A DNA stretch of 32,325 bases from a virus (Duplodnaviria > Caudoviricetes), in the IMG/VR virus record IMGVR_UViG_3300025658_000312, positions 1 to 32,325 of that record, one strand, 5' to 3'. The notes beneath the pieces were generated by a model. That model did not search any database, was not told the origin of the DNA, and worked only from the letters and a program-made list of their open reading frames with translations. Position numbers and translations under genes: made by a program. Below, piece after piece: positions 8,999 through 18,234 of the stretch; position 1 is the stretch's first letter; the number at the start of each line of letters is the position of its first letter.

Positions 8999-9945
8999 TA
9001 ACAATGGTAGGGTTTCCCCCTCCTGCATCAAAGCCGTATTTTCACTGGGCAAAGGGTATGGAAAGAGTTGGCGACCAATATGTTGTAAGTGATGACCTAC
9101 TTAGTAAAACTGTACGTCATGCTGACGCTTATTATCAAACAAACGAGCTAAAGCCAAAGTTTCTACACGGTGGTAGACACGAATGGCACGGCAAGTATAT
9201 GCTACACATACAGCAAGCAAATAAACCTTACATAGTTAGTGAAAGCGAGCCATTTCGTGAATGCCCTGGCTGGCTACGGTTCGGCTGGAATAGCTATCGT
9301 TGGTGTGATGCTAACTGGAATAACGAAGGTGTAGGACCAGAACGATGGAATAGATTTGAAAGCCTCACAGGATTAAAATTTAAAGATTGGCACAGTCCAG
9401 GCGAGAATATATTAATAATGGGACAAAAAGAAGGTGACAGTAGCTTAGTAAGTATATACGAAGCAGGGTATAAAAGTATATATGACTACATTGGGGAACA
9501 ATGTAAAATTATTAGGCAATATACAGATCGTCCTATAGTTATTAGGCCACACCCTCGTAACTTAGATAGAGGTGCAAAATTCGTCAATATGATGTTGAAA
9601 GAGTTAAATCTCAAAAATATATCAATGAGTCCTAACTTAACACGAGGTGGATCACAAGGTGGTGAAGGTTTAGATAGAGATCTAAAAAATGCACATTGCG
9701 TTGTTACATATAACAGTTTGAGTGGCGTAGAAGCTGTTGTTAGAGGCATACCAGTTTTTGCATTAGATGGCGGCAGTATGGCATGGCCTGTTGCACACAA
9801 GGACTTATCACAGATAGAAGATTTAGATTATAACATAGATTTGCAAGATTGGAAAAATAAAATTGCATATTCAATGTGGAACAAACAGGACGTACAATCA
9901 GGTGAGTGTTGGGCTCATTTGAAACAAGTTTACTTTAAGGATTAA
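8995..9945 (+). CDS. KpsS/KpsC-like GT-B glycosyltransferase, paralog 3
   Basis: ILIMGQKEGDSS (QxxxD-like), TDRPIVIRPHP and VTYNSLSGVEAVVRGIPVF. Confidence 0.7.
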   Translation: MITMVGFPPPASKPYFHWAKGMERVGDQYVVSDDLLSKTVRHADAYYQTNELKPKFLHGGRHEWHGKYMLHIQQANKPYIVSESEPFRECPGWLRFGWNSYRWCDANWNNEGVGPERWNRFESLTGLKFKDWHSPGENILIMGQKEGDSSLVSIYEAGYKSIYDYIGEQCKIIRQYTDRPIVIRPHPRNLDRGAKFVNMMLKELNLKNISMSPNLTRGGSQGGEGLDRDLKNAHCVVTYNSLSGVEAVVRGIPVFALDGGSMAWPVAHKDLSQIEDLDYNIDLQDWKNKIAYSMWNKQDVQSGECWAHLKQVYFKD

Positions 9946-9947
9946 CA

Positions 9948-10631
9948 ATGTTAAGAGAAATATTTACTACATTAACAAAACGGTGTGATAAGTTTCAACA
10001 CTACTTTCCGTTATATGAAAAACATTTTAGTAAGTATGTAGGCAAAAGTCCACGCATACTAGAGATAGGTGTACGTGGTGGCGGAAGTTTACAAATGTGG
10101 AAAAAATACTTTGGAGAAGGCACATATGTACACGGTATTGACATAGACGCAAAGTGTAAAGCACACGAAGATGTAGATAACAATATACATGTTACTATAG
10201 GTGATGCAACAGATCCTGTGTTTGTTGAAAAACAAATTAAAGCACACAACATAAGAGAGTTTGATATTATAATTGATGACGGAAGTCACGAAAATCCTGA
10301 TCAAATAACAACACTAAAATTATTTTACGGGTTATTAAAGTCCGAAGGTGTTTATTGGTGTGAGGATACTCATACAAGTTATTATCCAAATAGAGAAGAC
10401 GGCGGCTACGGTAATCCAAAAAGTTTTACAAGTTATGTTAAAAATGTAGTAGACGTACTAAGTCATCATCATACAAGTCATGCTATAGGACACGGACCTA
10501 TAGACGGGCCACATGTACCTAAAAAGTTCGTAAAACCATTTAACGATATACAAGGCGTAAGTTTTTATGATAGTGTGATTGTAATTGACAAAGGACCAAG
10601 ATTGCATTTTAAACGGATTGTTAAAAAATGA
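9948..10631 (+). CDS. Class I SAM-dependent methyltransferase, sugar O-methyltransferase-like (MycE-type)
   Basis: DK..HYF..YE.HF, LEIGVRGGGSL.MW, GIDID, DIIIDDGSH and EDTHTSY. Confidence 0.8.
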   Translation: MLREIFTTLTKRCDKFQHYFPLYEKHFSKYVGKSPRILEIGVRGGGSLQMWKKYFGEGTYVHGIDIDAKCKAHEDVDNNIHVTIGDATDPVFVEKQIKAHNIREFDIIIDDGSHENPDQITTLKLFYGLLKSEGVYWCEDTHTSYYPNREDGGYGNPKSFTSYVKNVVDVLSHHHTSHAIGHGPIDGPHVPKKFVKPFNDIQGVSFYDSVIVIDKGPRLHFKRIVKK

Positions 10632-11854
10632 ATTCATGGGATGTCTTTGATACACTAATTGGAAGATTACATTTCCATCCACACTCTATTTTTGACGAAG
10701 TAAGTAGTCGTATAGGTGATGCTAGTTTTAAAGACAAACGAATATCTGCATGGAAGCAAGTTAAGAAAACATGCACTGATAAAACGTACAATGAAATATA
10801 TGACATACTAACAGAGTATGATCCGCAAGTAGAATTAGATGTAGAATTCGAACATAATTTTCCTATATATGAAAATATTATGAAGGTTAAAGACGGAGAT
10901 CTATTGATAAGTGACATGTACTTGCCAGCAGAGTTTATAATGAAAATGTTACGTAATGCTGGATTAACAGCAGATGTAAAGATAGTTGTTTCAGCAGATG
11001 GTAAAAAGAAAGGTTGGATCTGGGATAGTATAATTGAAAACTATAACATTGAAAATCACTACGGCGACAATGAAAAAAGTGATGTTAAGTCTGCACAAGC
11101 ACACGGCATAAATGGTGTACTGTATACAGGATATAAACTTAACGATATAGAAAACTTTGTTTACAAGTACGATAGACAACTTGCATGTTGGATGCGTAGT
11201 GTAAGATTAATGTGTCCTTACAACGATGAAAGACATATTAAATTTTGGAAAGATCAAGCAAATATTAACTTACCTGTACTAGCATTAGCAACGTTAGAAT
11301 TACCTGATACACCTATTGCATTTACATATAGAGATTGTTATAACTGGCAAAAGATATACGAAGCAATGACTGGTAAGCAAGGCTATAGACTGGATGTGTC
11401 GCGTAAAATGTATCTTACGCCAAACGAACATTTTGAAAAATATATGGAGTTTGTTAAAGACATAGGCGCAACTATTGTAGACATGCAAGGTAAAGGTCGT
11501 AGCATACAAAGTTTTTATAATGGCAATCCTCCAAGTACAACATACATAGGAGGAAGACCTCCGCCATATGTAACACGACTAGTAGACTATCAAACAAAAA
11601 GTATGGAAAAACATAATTGTTTTGAAGAAGGACCTATTGTAGACTGGGACGAAAACGGTCCTATAAGAGGCAAGAACGATCATCCTGCTGACGTAGCAGA
11701 TATACATAAAAAAGCAGGGCAGGCTGCCACTCGTTATATAACACATTTTAATTTTAAAAACAATACAAAATTATTAACTGAATTAGTTAAGTTGTATGAC
11801 ACACATAACTTTACTAATAAGAATGTTAAATGGGAAAAATATAACGGTGCATGA
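10628..11854 (+). CDS. HAD-superfamily hydrolase of the polysaccharide-locus type
   Basis: WDVFDTL (motif I), ISDMYL (motif II) and HYGDNEKSD (motif IV), plus an extra C-terminal domain containing IVDMQGKGRSIQ. Confidence 0.7.
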   Translation: MNSWDVFDTLIGRLHFHPHSIFDEVSSRIGDASFKDKRISAWKQVKKTCTDKTYNEIYDILTEYDPQVELDVEFEHNFPIYENIMKVKDGDLLISDMYLPAEFIMKMLRNAGLTADVKIVVSADGKKKGWIWDSIIENYNIENHYGDNEKSDVKSAQAHGINGVLYTGYKLNDIENFVYKYDRQLACWMRSVRLMCPYNDERHIKFWKDQANINLPVLALATLELPDTPIAFTYRDCYNWQKIYEAMTGKQGYRLDVSRKMYLTPNEHFEKYMEFVKDIGATIVDMQGKGRSIQSFYNGNPPSTTYIGGRPPPYVTRLVDYQTKSMEKHNCFEEGPIVDWDENGPIRGKNDHPADVADIHKKAGQAATRYITHFNFKNNTKLLTELVKLYDTHNFTNKNVKWEKYNGA

Positions 11855-12368
11855 TGTTACAAAACGTAGACTTACAAAGGATCTTTGGTCTAATGAAGTA
11901 GAGTGTTATCGCAGATTAGCGTCTTGTGATAATGTTCCTAATCTAATTAATGCCAACGAAAAAGACTTAACAATAACAACATCATATGCAGGAACAAGTT
12001 TGTTTATCTTAACAGCAGTACAAAAAAGACAAGGTAAAAAACTTGTAATAGATAACCCAATACAACAAGTTACAACTTTTATTGATGCTTGTAAAGAACA
12101 AAACATTGTACATTTAGATTGTCATCCAGGCAATATATTATTACAAGCTGGCAAACTTTCTTTTATAGATTTTGAAAAAGTTGCAATAGACGAAACAACA
12201 TTAACTACAAAATTAGAAAAGAAATATTCAAAGTTTAAAATGAGAGGCGGATGGAGCTGGATACTAAATAGATATACAAAGTATTTCGAAACGTTCGACA
12301 ACAGTATATGGTATAGAGACGATATACTAGAAAAAGGAATTAGAAGATATGGCCAAGCATTACAGTAA
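11823..12368 (+). CDS. Small protein-kinase-like (APH/Kdo-WaaP/RIO-type) phosphotransferase
   Basis: NE..CY..L, VPNL, catalytic loop HLDCHPGNILL and metal-binding FIDFE. The start is uncertain (11796, 11823 or 11847). Confidence 0.7.
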   Translation: MLNGKNITVHDVTKRRLTKDLWSNEVECYRRLASCDNVPNLINANEKDLTITTSYAGTSLFILTAVQKRQGKKLVIDNPIQQVTTFIDACKEQNIVHLDCHPGNILLQAGKLSFIDFEKVAIDETTLTTKLEKKYSKFKMRGGWSWILNRYTKYFETFDNSIWYRDDILEKGIRRYGQALQ

Positions 12369-12891
12369 GTTTACAAATAATTATACTAAAATTTATTACA
12401 AAGGTAACTTAATAGCAGAAGGTTCACGTGATCCATTAGAACGTATCCAAGCAATGCCGATTGACTTTAAAGATAAAACTTTATTAGACTTAGGGTGTAA
12501 TTGTGGTGGCACAATGTTTGCTGTTGCAGATCAAATTAAACAAGGCTGGGGTTGTGATATTAATCCTGATGCAATTAGTTTTGCAAACAATTTAGCAAAA
12601 GAACATAACATAGACAATGTTAGTTTTAGTGTTGCAGATTTAAACAATTGGCAAAAATATAATTTGCCTAAAACAGATATATTATTTGCATTAGCAATAG
12701 CAAAATGGGTTCCTACATGGAGAGAAATAATTACACATCTTAATCCTAAAGTATGTGTGTTTGAAGCACACGGTAAAGGCAGTATGGTACCTGACCAAGT
12801 TGCTTGGCTAACTAATCATTTTAAAAGTGTAGAAGTAATACTCGACGGGTATGAAGCAGGTAAACGTAGACTTTACCTTTGTGTCCAATAA
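12349..12891 (+). CDS. Class I SAM-dependent methyltransferase
   Basis: KTLLDLGCNCGG, GCDIN and F.VADL; SD AAGGA. Confidence 0.8.
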   Translation: MAKHYSKFTNNYTKIYYKGNLIAEGSRDPLERIQAMPIDFKDKTLLDLGCNCGGTMFAVADQIKQGWGCDINPDAISFANNLAKEHNIDNVSFSVADLNNWQKYNLPKTDILFALAIAKWVPTWREIITHLNPKVCVFEAHGKGSMVPDQVAWLTNHFKSVEVILDGYEAGKRRLYLCVQ

Positions 12892-13718
12892 CTTTCTTTT
12901 CGATTAACCATTATATCTGAACTTTTACTTTTACCAGCATTTTTACGAGCACCTTTCATATGGTCCATCCATTTACCTAGTTCGGTATTAATTAATGGAT
13001 GACCACCACCGCCTGACTTTGCTTCCCGCAAATACATTTGGGCACTGTAATCGTGACTTGGAAACTCTTTATATTTTTTAAGTACTTCTCCAAAAATATA
13101 ACTGTCATGCCACTCTGGTAGTGTGAACATGCCGTTATCTGCATCTTCATACATACGTTCAAACTCTTTTAAGAATTCGTGTGCTACAGGATGGTTAAGA
13201 TTCAACCCATAGAAGCCACACTCGGGCCACGTCTGTGATCCTTTGCCTCTGCCTACATATGTAATGTAATCATGTTGTGGTAATAAGTTTTTAAATTCTT
13301 TGTGTTTCCAGGGCGAATGTATAAAAGTATCTGCGTCCATCCATATAACCCATTTACCTAGTTTACGTTCACATGCATCAAATACAGCATATACTTTATT
13401 AGCAAAACGTACAGCATCCCACTTAAATTCTTTTTGCCAATCTTTGCGCCCATTACGTGCTGGGTGACTTGTAATATCCCCGTTTGCATGCGGTACGTCT
13501 TTGTATTTTTCTTTAAATGCATTTAGTTTTGGCAACATTTCTTTTGCATCTAGTATTGTAATTTGTTCTGGATTTGGATTAGTAGGACTACAATTTTCTG
13601 CATACACAACTAACTTAACCTTGTGTTCAACATTCTCAGCAAAACTATCTATAAATCGTTGTCCATACAAACTTAGTCCGGGTTGGTGAAAAGTTGTAAC
13701 CACAGTTATGTCATTCAT
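12873..13718 (-). CDS. GT-A fold glycosyltransferase
   Basis: VVTTF...G...YG..F, WDAVRFANKVYA, WMDAD (DxD), ECGFYG, WHDSYIF and DHMKG; SD AAGGA on the minus strand. Confidence 0.75.
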   Translation of the reverse strand: MNDITVVTTFHQPGLSLYGQRFIDSFAENVEHKVKLVVYAENCSPTNPNPEQITILDAKEMLPKLNAFKEKYKDVPHANGDITSHPARNGRKDWQKEFKWDAVRFANKVYAVFDACERKLGKWVIWMDADTFIHSPWKHKEFKNLLPQHDYITYVGRGKGSQTWPECGFYGLNLNHPVAHEFLKEFERMYEDADNGMFTLPEWHDSYIFGEVLKKYKEFPSHDYSAQMYLREAKSGGGGHPLINTELGKWMDHMKGARKNAGKSKSSDIMVNRKESYWTQR

Positions 13719-13730
13719 GTAAGATTCCTT

Positions 13731-13755
13731 TTAAATACTTATATAGGATATTTAA
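13731..13755. promoter_or_regulatory. Pair of opposed late-promoter-like TTAAATA motifs in a 40-nt divergent gap
   Basis: TTAAATA on + at 13731-13737 and on - at 13749-13755, each followed by an AGGA SD for the gene it faces. Confidence 0.5.
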
Positions 13756-13758
13756 CAA

Positions 13759-14631
13759 ATGATTTTCTGTTTATACACTGATTATGGCGCACTAAACAGC
13801 CAACCCGTATTTCATGCATTCGCTAAGAGTGTTACTGATGCCGGACACACGGTTATCTATAACGAGCCTTATAGAGTACTGAGTCACTATGACAATTATG
13901 ATGTTGCTGTTATATGGAGTGTGTTATGGAATGGTCGTATGACAAAGAATAAAACAGTTTGGGAACAAAATCGCATGTTAGGCAAACCTGTAATTGTTTT
14001 AGAAGTAGGAGCATTGAATAGAGGCACTATGTGGAAAGTAGGACTTAATGGCATTAATAGAGATGCATATTTTGCTCCTAAGAATAACACTGACGAACGT
14101 GCAAAGATGTTAGGTTTAAAAATGCAACCATGGACAAACAATGAAGACGGTCCGATTGTTATTTGCCTACAACATAACAAAAGTCAACAATGGGCAAACA
14201 TGCCACCACAAGACAAATGGTTAGATAAAACTTTATCTATTATACGCAAACGTACTGATAGACAAATTATTATAAGACCGCACCCAAGATGTTTAATACC
14301 TCCTTTTGCAGACAAATACAAAAATGTAAAAGTACAGAATCCAGTTCGTAATAACGCAACATATGACGACTTTGACTTTGATATGTCTAATGCATATGCT
14401 GTTGTTAGTTGGAGTAGTAACCCTGCTATACAAGCAATACTACAAGGTGTGCCTGCGTTTGTTGGCCCTAGTAGTTTAGCATATGATGTAGCACAGCATG
14501 ACGTAAAACAAATAAACAATCCTATAAAACCGGATAGAACACAATGGCTAAATGACCTTGCACATGTAGAGTACAGCACACATGAAATAGCAGCCGGTAT
14601 GCCATTAAAACACTTGACATCAAAACTATAA
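13759..14631 (+). CDS. KpsS/KpsC-like GT-B glycosyltransferase, paralog 4
   Basis: PVIVLEVG, IVICLQ, TDRQIIIRPHPR, VVSWSSNPAIQAILQGVPAF and WLNDLAH.EY...EI..G. Confidence 0.65.
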   Translation: MIFCLYTDYGALNSQPVFHAFAKSVTDAGHTVIYNEPYRVLSHYDNYDVAVIWSVLWNGRMTKNKTVWEQNRMLGKPVIVLEVGALNRGTMWKVGLNGINRDAYFAPKNNTDERAKMLGLKMQPWTNNEDGPIVICLQHNKSQQWANMPPQDKWLDKTLSIIRKRTDRQIIIRPHPRCLIPPFADKYKNVKVQNPVRNNATYDDFDFDMSNAYAVVSWSSNPAIQAILQGVPAFVGPSSLAYDVAQHDVKQINNPIKPDRTQWLNDLAHVEYSTHEIAAGMPLKHLTSKL

Positions 14632-14642
14632 TACGCTATAAT
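14614..14642 (+). promoter_or_regulatory. Consensus sigma70 promoter
   Basis: TTGACA(14614-14619)-17 nt-TATAAT(14637-14642), followed by SD AGGAG before the TTG at 14668. Confidence 0.85.
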
Positions 14643-14667
14643 GTAGTATATACATAGGAGAACACCC

Positions 14668-15897
14668 TTGAAGCATACTATCGAAGATTGCCTTGAAATC
14701 GTTGCAGGACTAAAAGATGTTCCTAACCCTATCACTATCAAGAAAGAAGATGCAACTATTATGTTTAGCATTGCAAAGCAAGTCGTTAGAGGACTAGGGC
14801 TTAGTGATAAACAGCATGCACTAATGAAAACTAAGTTGTTAAATTATAGTGACCAACTGTTAGCAAACAATATTATTGTTGAAGAAACATTTAATAATTT
14901 AAGATATCCTTTACGTAGCATTGATAGAGCAAAGTATATAAAACTTGTTTCTAAAGAAGATATATTTACAGAACCAAAAAGCGAACGTTGGAAAGAGCAA
15001 CTATCAAATTTACCTTGGGTTAAAGTACGTTTTCCATTTAGTAAAAAACTAATTGTAAGATTGCAACGGATACCTATGTCAGCAAGTACATATGTTCACC
15101 CAAAAGGATCGCATACACATTTTTTTGCACTTACTGAAAATGTAGTGTATGATATTATAGAAGCATTTAAAGACAACCATTTTGATATTGATCAAGAGAT
15201 AATTGACATCTATAAAGAAATAATTACTTGGAACAGAGAAGATTATGTTCCAGGTGTATTCAATGGCCAAATTAAAAATCTACCTCAAAATGTTATAGAC
15301 GAAATTACTGATAGGTTAGGAAAACCAACAGCAAATAATATTCATTTGTATTATGACAAAAGATTCGAATATGGTATTGTTGATATAGACGAGCCTATTA
15401 ACGTTACTGGACAATTAGTAACAGACATTGCTACTAGAAAATCAGTATACAAGTATATTAATAGTAAAGAAGTTCCATTACAAGAAGTATTCAAAGCATT
15501 CGATGAGTTAGACAGTTATCCAATTAATATACTTGTTGACGATGAAAATGCATTTGATATAGTAACACAAACATATCAACTTGTGCGTAATTACATTCCA
15601 AATGACCAAATTACTGTATTGTATAGAAAAGATTCGCACTCAGATAAAAACGGTTATAACCAATATATTAAAGATAACAATTTAAATACTCCGGTTGACA
15701 AAGACACAAAAATAGTGTATACTCTAAAGAGTAAGGTAAACAAGCCGCTTGCTAAAAGTGATTGTTCGCCTAATACCGCGTTATCCTTTTCTACAGAAAG
15801 ACATTCAATTTCGGGTGATATATCCAAAGATGTTACTTTGTATGTTGAGTATAGCGATAAAGAACCCATGTGGAGAGACTGGAGAATTGATTCTTAA
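14668..15897 (+). CDS. Hypothetical protein translationally coupled to UvsW
   Basis: 409-aa ORF with its own promoter and SD; its stop overlaps the uvsW start (TAATG). No motif was recognised. Confidence 0.7.
   Translation: MKHTIEDCLEIVAGLKDVPNPITIKKEDATIMFSIAKQVVRGLGLSDKQHALMKTKLLNYSDQLLANNIIVEETFNNLRYPLRSIDRAKYIKLVSKEDIFTEPKSERWKEQLSNLPWVKVRFPFSKKLIVRLQRIPMSASTYVHPKGSHTHFFALTENVVYDIIEAFKDNHFDIDQEIIDIYKEIITWNREDYVPGVFNGQIKNLPQNVIDEITDRLGKPTANNIHLYYDKRFEYGIVDIDEPINVTGQLVTDIATRKSVYKYINSKEVPLQEVFKAFDELDSYPINILVDDENAFDIVTQTYQLVRNYIPNDQITVLYRKDSHSDKNGYNQYIKDNNLNTPVDKDTKIVYTLKSKVNKPLAKSDCSPNTALSFSTERHSISGDISKDVTLYVEYSDKEPMWRDWRIDS
15695..15723 (+). promoter_or_regulatory. Intragenic sigma70 promoter upstream of uvsW
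   Basis: TTGACA(15695-15700)-17 nt-TATACT(15718-15723), about 170 nt before the uvsW start. Confidence 0.65.
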
Positions 15898-17360
15898 TGG
15901 CAACATGTAGACTAATAATTGAAGATGAAGTAAACATTAAACTAGAAGGACTAGAGGTAGATGTACGAAGGAAACTTGCAAATGCTCTTAAGTTTGAAGT
16001 GCCATATGCAAAGTATATGCCACAATATAAACTTGGTCGCTGGGACGGTAAAGTTGCTTTCTTTGGTATCGGTGGCACTGGCTACGTTAATCATCTTGAT
16101 ACTGTTGTCGAAGTATTGCAAAAGAATAATGTACAAATAGCAGATATTGATGACAGGCGTACACCTGTACAATTAGACTTTCCACAAATTACAGAACGCT
16201 ATTGGGCTGATCAAGATGTAGTATGGCCTAAAGGTCATCCAGCAGAAGGCGAAGAAATTATTCTACGTGACTATCAGGTAGAAGCAATTAACAATTTTTT
16301 AAAGCACCCACAAAGTTTGCAGGAAATTGCAACTGGTGCAGGTAAAACTATTACAACAGCAACACTATCACATATAGCTGAGCCTTACGGTCGTAGTATA
16401 GTTATTGTGCCTAACAAATCATTAGTAGCACAAACAGAAGAAGACTATATCAACTGTGGGCTCGACGTAGGGGTGTACTTTGGAGACAGGAAACAATTAG
16501 GTAAGACTCACACTATTTGCACTTGGCAAAGTTTGAATATACTTGACAAGAAGCATAAGGACGGATCAGCTGTATTATCGCTGGCAGAGTTCTTAGAAGG
16601 TGTAAGCACTATTATTGTTGACGAAGTACACCAAGCGAAAGCAGAAGTTCTAAAGAACCTGCTCACTCGTAACCTACGTAACGCTCCAATACGTTGGGGA
16701 CTAACTGGCACAGTACCTAAAGAAAAGTTTGAGTTTGAAAGTATTCATGCTTCACTAGGCCCGGTTATAGGACAAATTAGTGCAAAGGAACTACAAGACA
16801 AAGGTGTACTATCTTCGTGCCATGTTAACGTTTGTCAATTAATTGACACTGTTGCACATAGAGATTACCAATCAGAATTAAAGTACTTAACAACAGATAC
16901 AGCACGTTTAGAGTACGTAGGCAAATTATTAAACACAGTAAAAGATTCAGGCAACACACTTATATTAGTAGATAGAATTAGTGCAGGTGAAGCACTAACA
17001 GAATTGATCCCAGGATCAGTTTTTGTGAAAGGCGATGTTAAATTAAAAGATCGCAAGGAGGCATACGATGAAATCAATGAAGGAACTAACCATGTGGTTA
17101 TCGCAACATACGGAGTCGCGGCTGTTGGTATTAACATACCGCGTATTTTTAATCTTGTTCTCATTGAGCCTGGCAAAAGTTTTGTCAGGGTAATACAAAG
17201 TATAGGCAGAGGCGTTAGAAAGGCAAAGGACAAGGACTTCGTACAGATATGGGACATTACATCAACATGTAAATTTGCGAAGAGACATTTAACACAACGA
17301 AAAAAATTCTATAAGGAAGCCCAATATCCTTTCACAATAGAAAAAATTGACTGGAACTAA
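15897..17360 (+). CDS. uvsW: UvsW-like superfamily 2 DNA helicase
   Basis: WDGK, LRDYQ (Q motif), ATGAGKT, DEVH, GLTGT, GINIP and QSIGRGVR. Confidence 0.92.
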   Translation: MATCRLIIEDEVNIKLEGLEVDVRRKLANALKFEVPYAKYMPQYKLGRWDGKVAFFGIGGTGYVNHLDTVVEVLQKNNVQIADIDDRRTPVQLDFPQITERYWADQDVVWPKGHPAEGEEIILRDYQVEAINNFLKHPQSLQEIATGAGKTITTATLSHIAEPYGRSIVIVPNKSLVAQTEEDYINCGLDVGVYFGDRKQLGKTHTICTWQSLNILDKKHKDGSAVLSLAEFLEGVSTIIVDEVHQAKAEVLKNLLTRNLRNAPIRWGLTGTVPKEKFEFESIHASLGPVIGQISAKELQDKGVLSSCHVNVCQLIDTVAHRDYQSELKYLTTDTARLEYVGKLLNTVKDSGNTLILVDRISAGEALTELIPGSVFVKGDVKLKDRKEAYDEINEGTNHVVIATYGVAAVGINIPRIFNLVLIEPGKSFVRVIQSIGRGVRKAKDKDFVQIWDITSTCKFAKRHLTQRKKFYKEAQYPFTIEKIDWN

Positions 17361-17363
17361 CAT

Positions 17364-17870
17364 ATGAGAATACTAACACTTGAAGACAAAACATTTCATC
17401 TAGATAAACTACCAGATGAAATTGACGAAGATATACGCTTTAGTGTGCTCGACAATTCAGATCCAAAGGAACCAGATTTCTTTTTTATTCCTTTGATATT
17501 TTTAGAGTCGTTTAGCGCACCTGCAATGGTCCTTAATATAAACGGACACGAAATTACATTACCAGTTGATTGGCACATTGCTGTCGGCGATTCAGAAGCT
17601 GGTATGGACTTAGAAGTACTACCGCTAACAAGTTTAAATGACAGAGGCTTTGAAGCTTGGCTGTTTAATCCATTGTCAGGATTTAAATCAGACTACGGTA
17701 AAATAGAAATAGTAAATTTTTACAATGATGTAAAATGGTATTTCCCTAAAATGAAAAACGGACAACTACTAAGTATGCCACTTACTAATGATGATCGTTC
17801 ACAGTGCATATTTGTTGCTAAAGATATTACACGTCAAAGCGAAGTAATAGAATACGCTTCGTTAATATAA
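17364..17870 (+). CDS. Beta-rich hypothetical protein, possibly a degenerate Hint-fold domain
   Basis: 168 aa directly after uvsW; alternating beta pattern (see findings). Confidence 0.55.
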   Translation: MRILTLEDKTFHLDKLPDEIDEDIRFSVLDNSDPKEPDFFFIPLIFLESFSAPAMVLNINGHEITLPVDWHIAVGDSEAGMDLEVLPLTSLNDRGFEAWLFNPLSGFKSDYGKIEIVNFYNDVKWYFPKMKNGQLLSMPLTNDDRSQCIFVAKDITRQSEVIEYASLI

Positions 17871-17882
17871 AGGAGAATAACT

Positions 17883-18233
17883 ATGGGAATAAAAGCAGGT
17901 AAAGTATGGGGATCAACAGAGCTTATACATGCCAATGGTGTGTTAGAGTTTCACCGTATAGAATATAAAGCAGGCTATAAATGTTCAGAGCATGAACACC
18001 AGTTTAAATGGAATGGCTTCTTTGTAGAATCAGGCAAGATGATTGTACGTGTTTGGCAAGAAGATCAAGGACTGTTGGATGAAACAATTCTTGAAGCAGG
18101 AGACTTTACACAAGTTAAGCCAGGCAAGATACATCAGTTTGAAGGCTTAGAAGATGGTGTAGCATTTGAGCTATACTGGGCAGAATTCAATCACGATGAT
18201 ATCGTAAGGCGTACAGCAGGCTCCGAAGTATAG
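17883..18233 (+). CDS. Cupin-domain protein (sugar isomerase-like)
   Basis: K.WG, CSEHEH..K...F.VESG and VKPG.IHQF cupin motifs; SD AAGGAG. Confidence 0.8.
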   Translation: MGIKAGKVWGSTELIHANGVLEFHRIEYKAGYKCSEHEHQFKWNGFFVESGKMIVRVWQEDQGLLDETILEAGDFTQVKPGKIHQFEGLEDGVAFELYWAEFNHDDIVRRTAGSEV

Positions 18234-18234
18234 A

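Noticed and set aside
12873-12891. 19-nt convergent 3' overlap as an antisense regulatory system
   Set aside because: Short tail-to-tail overlaps are ordinary in compact phage genomes, and no further signal was seen.
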